From an uncultured bacterium (GTDB lineage: Bacteria; Bacteroidota; Bacteroidia; Bacteroidales; Bacteroidaceae): DNA of 64,000 nucleotides. The notes under the pieces are model-generated. The model ran no database searches. It was not told the origin of the DNA and was given only the letters and a program-made list of their open reading frames with translations. The first letter of the stretch is position 1. Each line of letters begins with the position of its first letter. The stretch lies in the NCBI GenBank assembly GCA_946188155.1, contig CAMHUC010000010.1, positions 5,834 to 69,833 of the forward strand, in the 5' to 3' direction. The translations under genes and the position numbers were made by a program. Shown in pieces: positions 63,480 to 64,000 of the stretch.

Positions 63480-63531
63480 AGTACGGATTGCAGGTACATT
63501 TAAAAAACAGAAATCAAATAATACCAACGTA

Positions 63532-64000
63532 ATGAAAAGAGAAATAGCAAAACTGTGTATGCTGGGAGCAGTACTGATGGGTGCTTCGAGCGTGATGACG
63601 TCGTGTAGCAATGACGACAACAACGTTTCGCCGACTCCTGTGGAGCCAGTGGTGACGAGAAGCGTGAAGCCCGACTATCTGAAGGCTGGCGACAAGGTGG
63701 CCCTGATATCCCCCTCCTACTACACGCCGATGGAGAATATCGAGAAGACGGCCGATGTGCTGCGCGGCTGGGGACTGGAACCCGTCATCGGTCCGAACGC
63801 GGACAAAGTGGTCGACGGGCGCTATGGCGGCACCGTGGCCGAGCGCGTCAGCGACATCCGCTGGGCCCTTGGCGACCCCAGTATCAAAGCCATCATCTGC
63901 AATCGTGGCGGCTATGGCACTATCCAGCTGATAGAACATCTGACGCTGGCCGAACTGAAGGCTTCGCCAAAGTGGCTGGTAGGCTTTAGCGACATATCTA
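63532..64000 (+). CDS. LD-carboxypeptidase (peptidase S66) lipoprotein, truncated by the window end
   Basis: Manual translation MKREIAK...MTSCSNDD...LKAGDKVALISPS...AIICNRGGYG...KWLVGFSDI. Confidence 0.9.
   Translation, partial: MKREIAKLCMLGAVLMGASSVMTSCSNDDNNVSPTPVEPVVTRSVKPDYLKAGDKVALISPSYYTPMENIEKTADVLRGWGLEPVIGPNADKVVDGRYGGTVAERVSDIRWALGDPSIKAIICNRGGYGTIQLIEHLTLAELKASPKWLVGFSDIS

Overview
This is a Prevotellaceae-like (Bacteroidales) chromosomal window, judged from TAnnTTTG promoters, PorZ, SPII lipoproteins and GC-rich core genes. Core genes are ychF, lgt, mutS, ald, leuS, yitT-rdgB, porZ, nadA, a SpoU methylase, rubredoxin, acpP-fabF-rnc, mntP and a 5'-nucleotidase. A DnaA-box cluster at about 41.35-41.61 kb is the probable oriC. 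Two accessory zones (about 12-28 kb and 52.7-63.5 kb) are rich in stand-alone P-loop ATPases and AT-rich cargo, yet the window has no recognisable integrase, transposase, reverse transcriptase or cas gene. The most unusual signals are non-coding or structural: (i) two copies of a covarying hairpin followed by a 21-nt-period array; (ii) three near-identical AAA-ATPase/PD-(D/E)XK genes, two of which bracket a low-GC island; (iii) two switch-like leader RNAs of shared architecture ahead of low-GC genes; (iv) an SPFH/DUF2147 pair duplicated in swapped order; (v) many 7- and 9-nt tandem repeats, some inserted in frame into leuS and rdgB. All family names come from motif recognition by eye; no database search was run.
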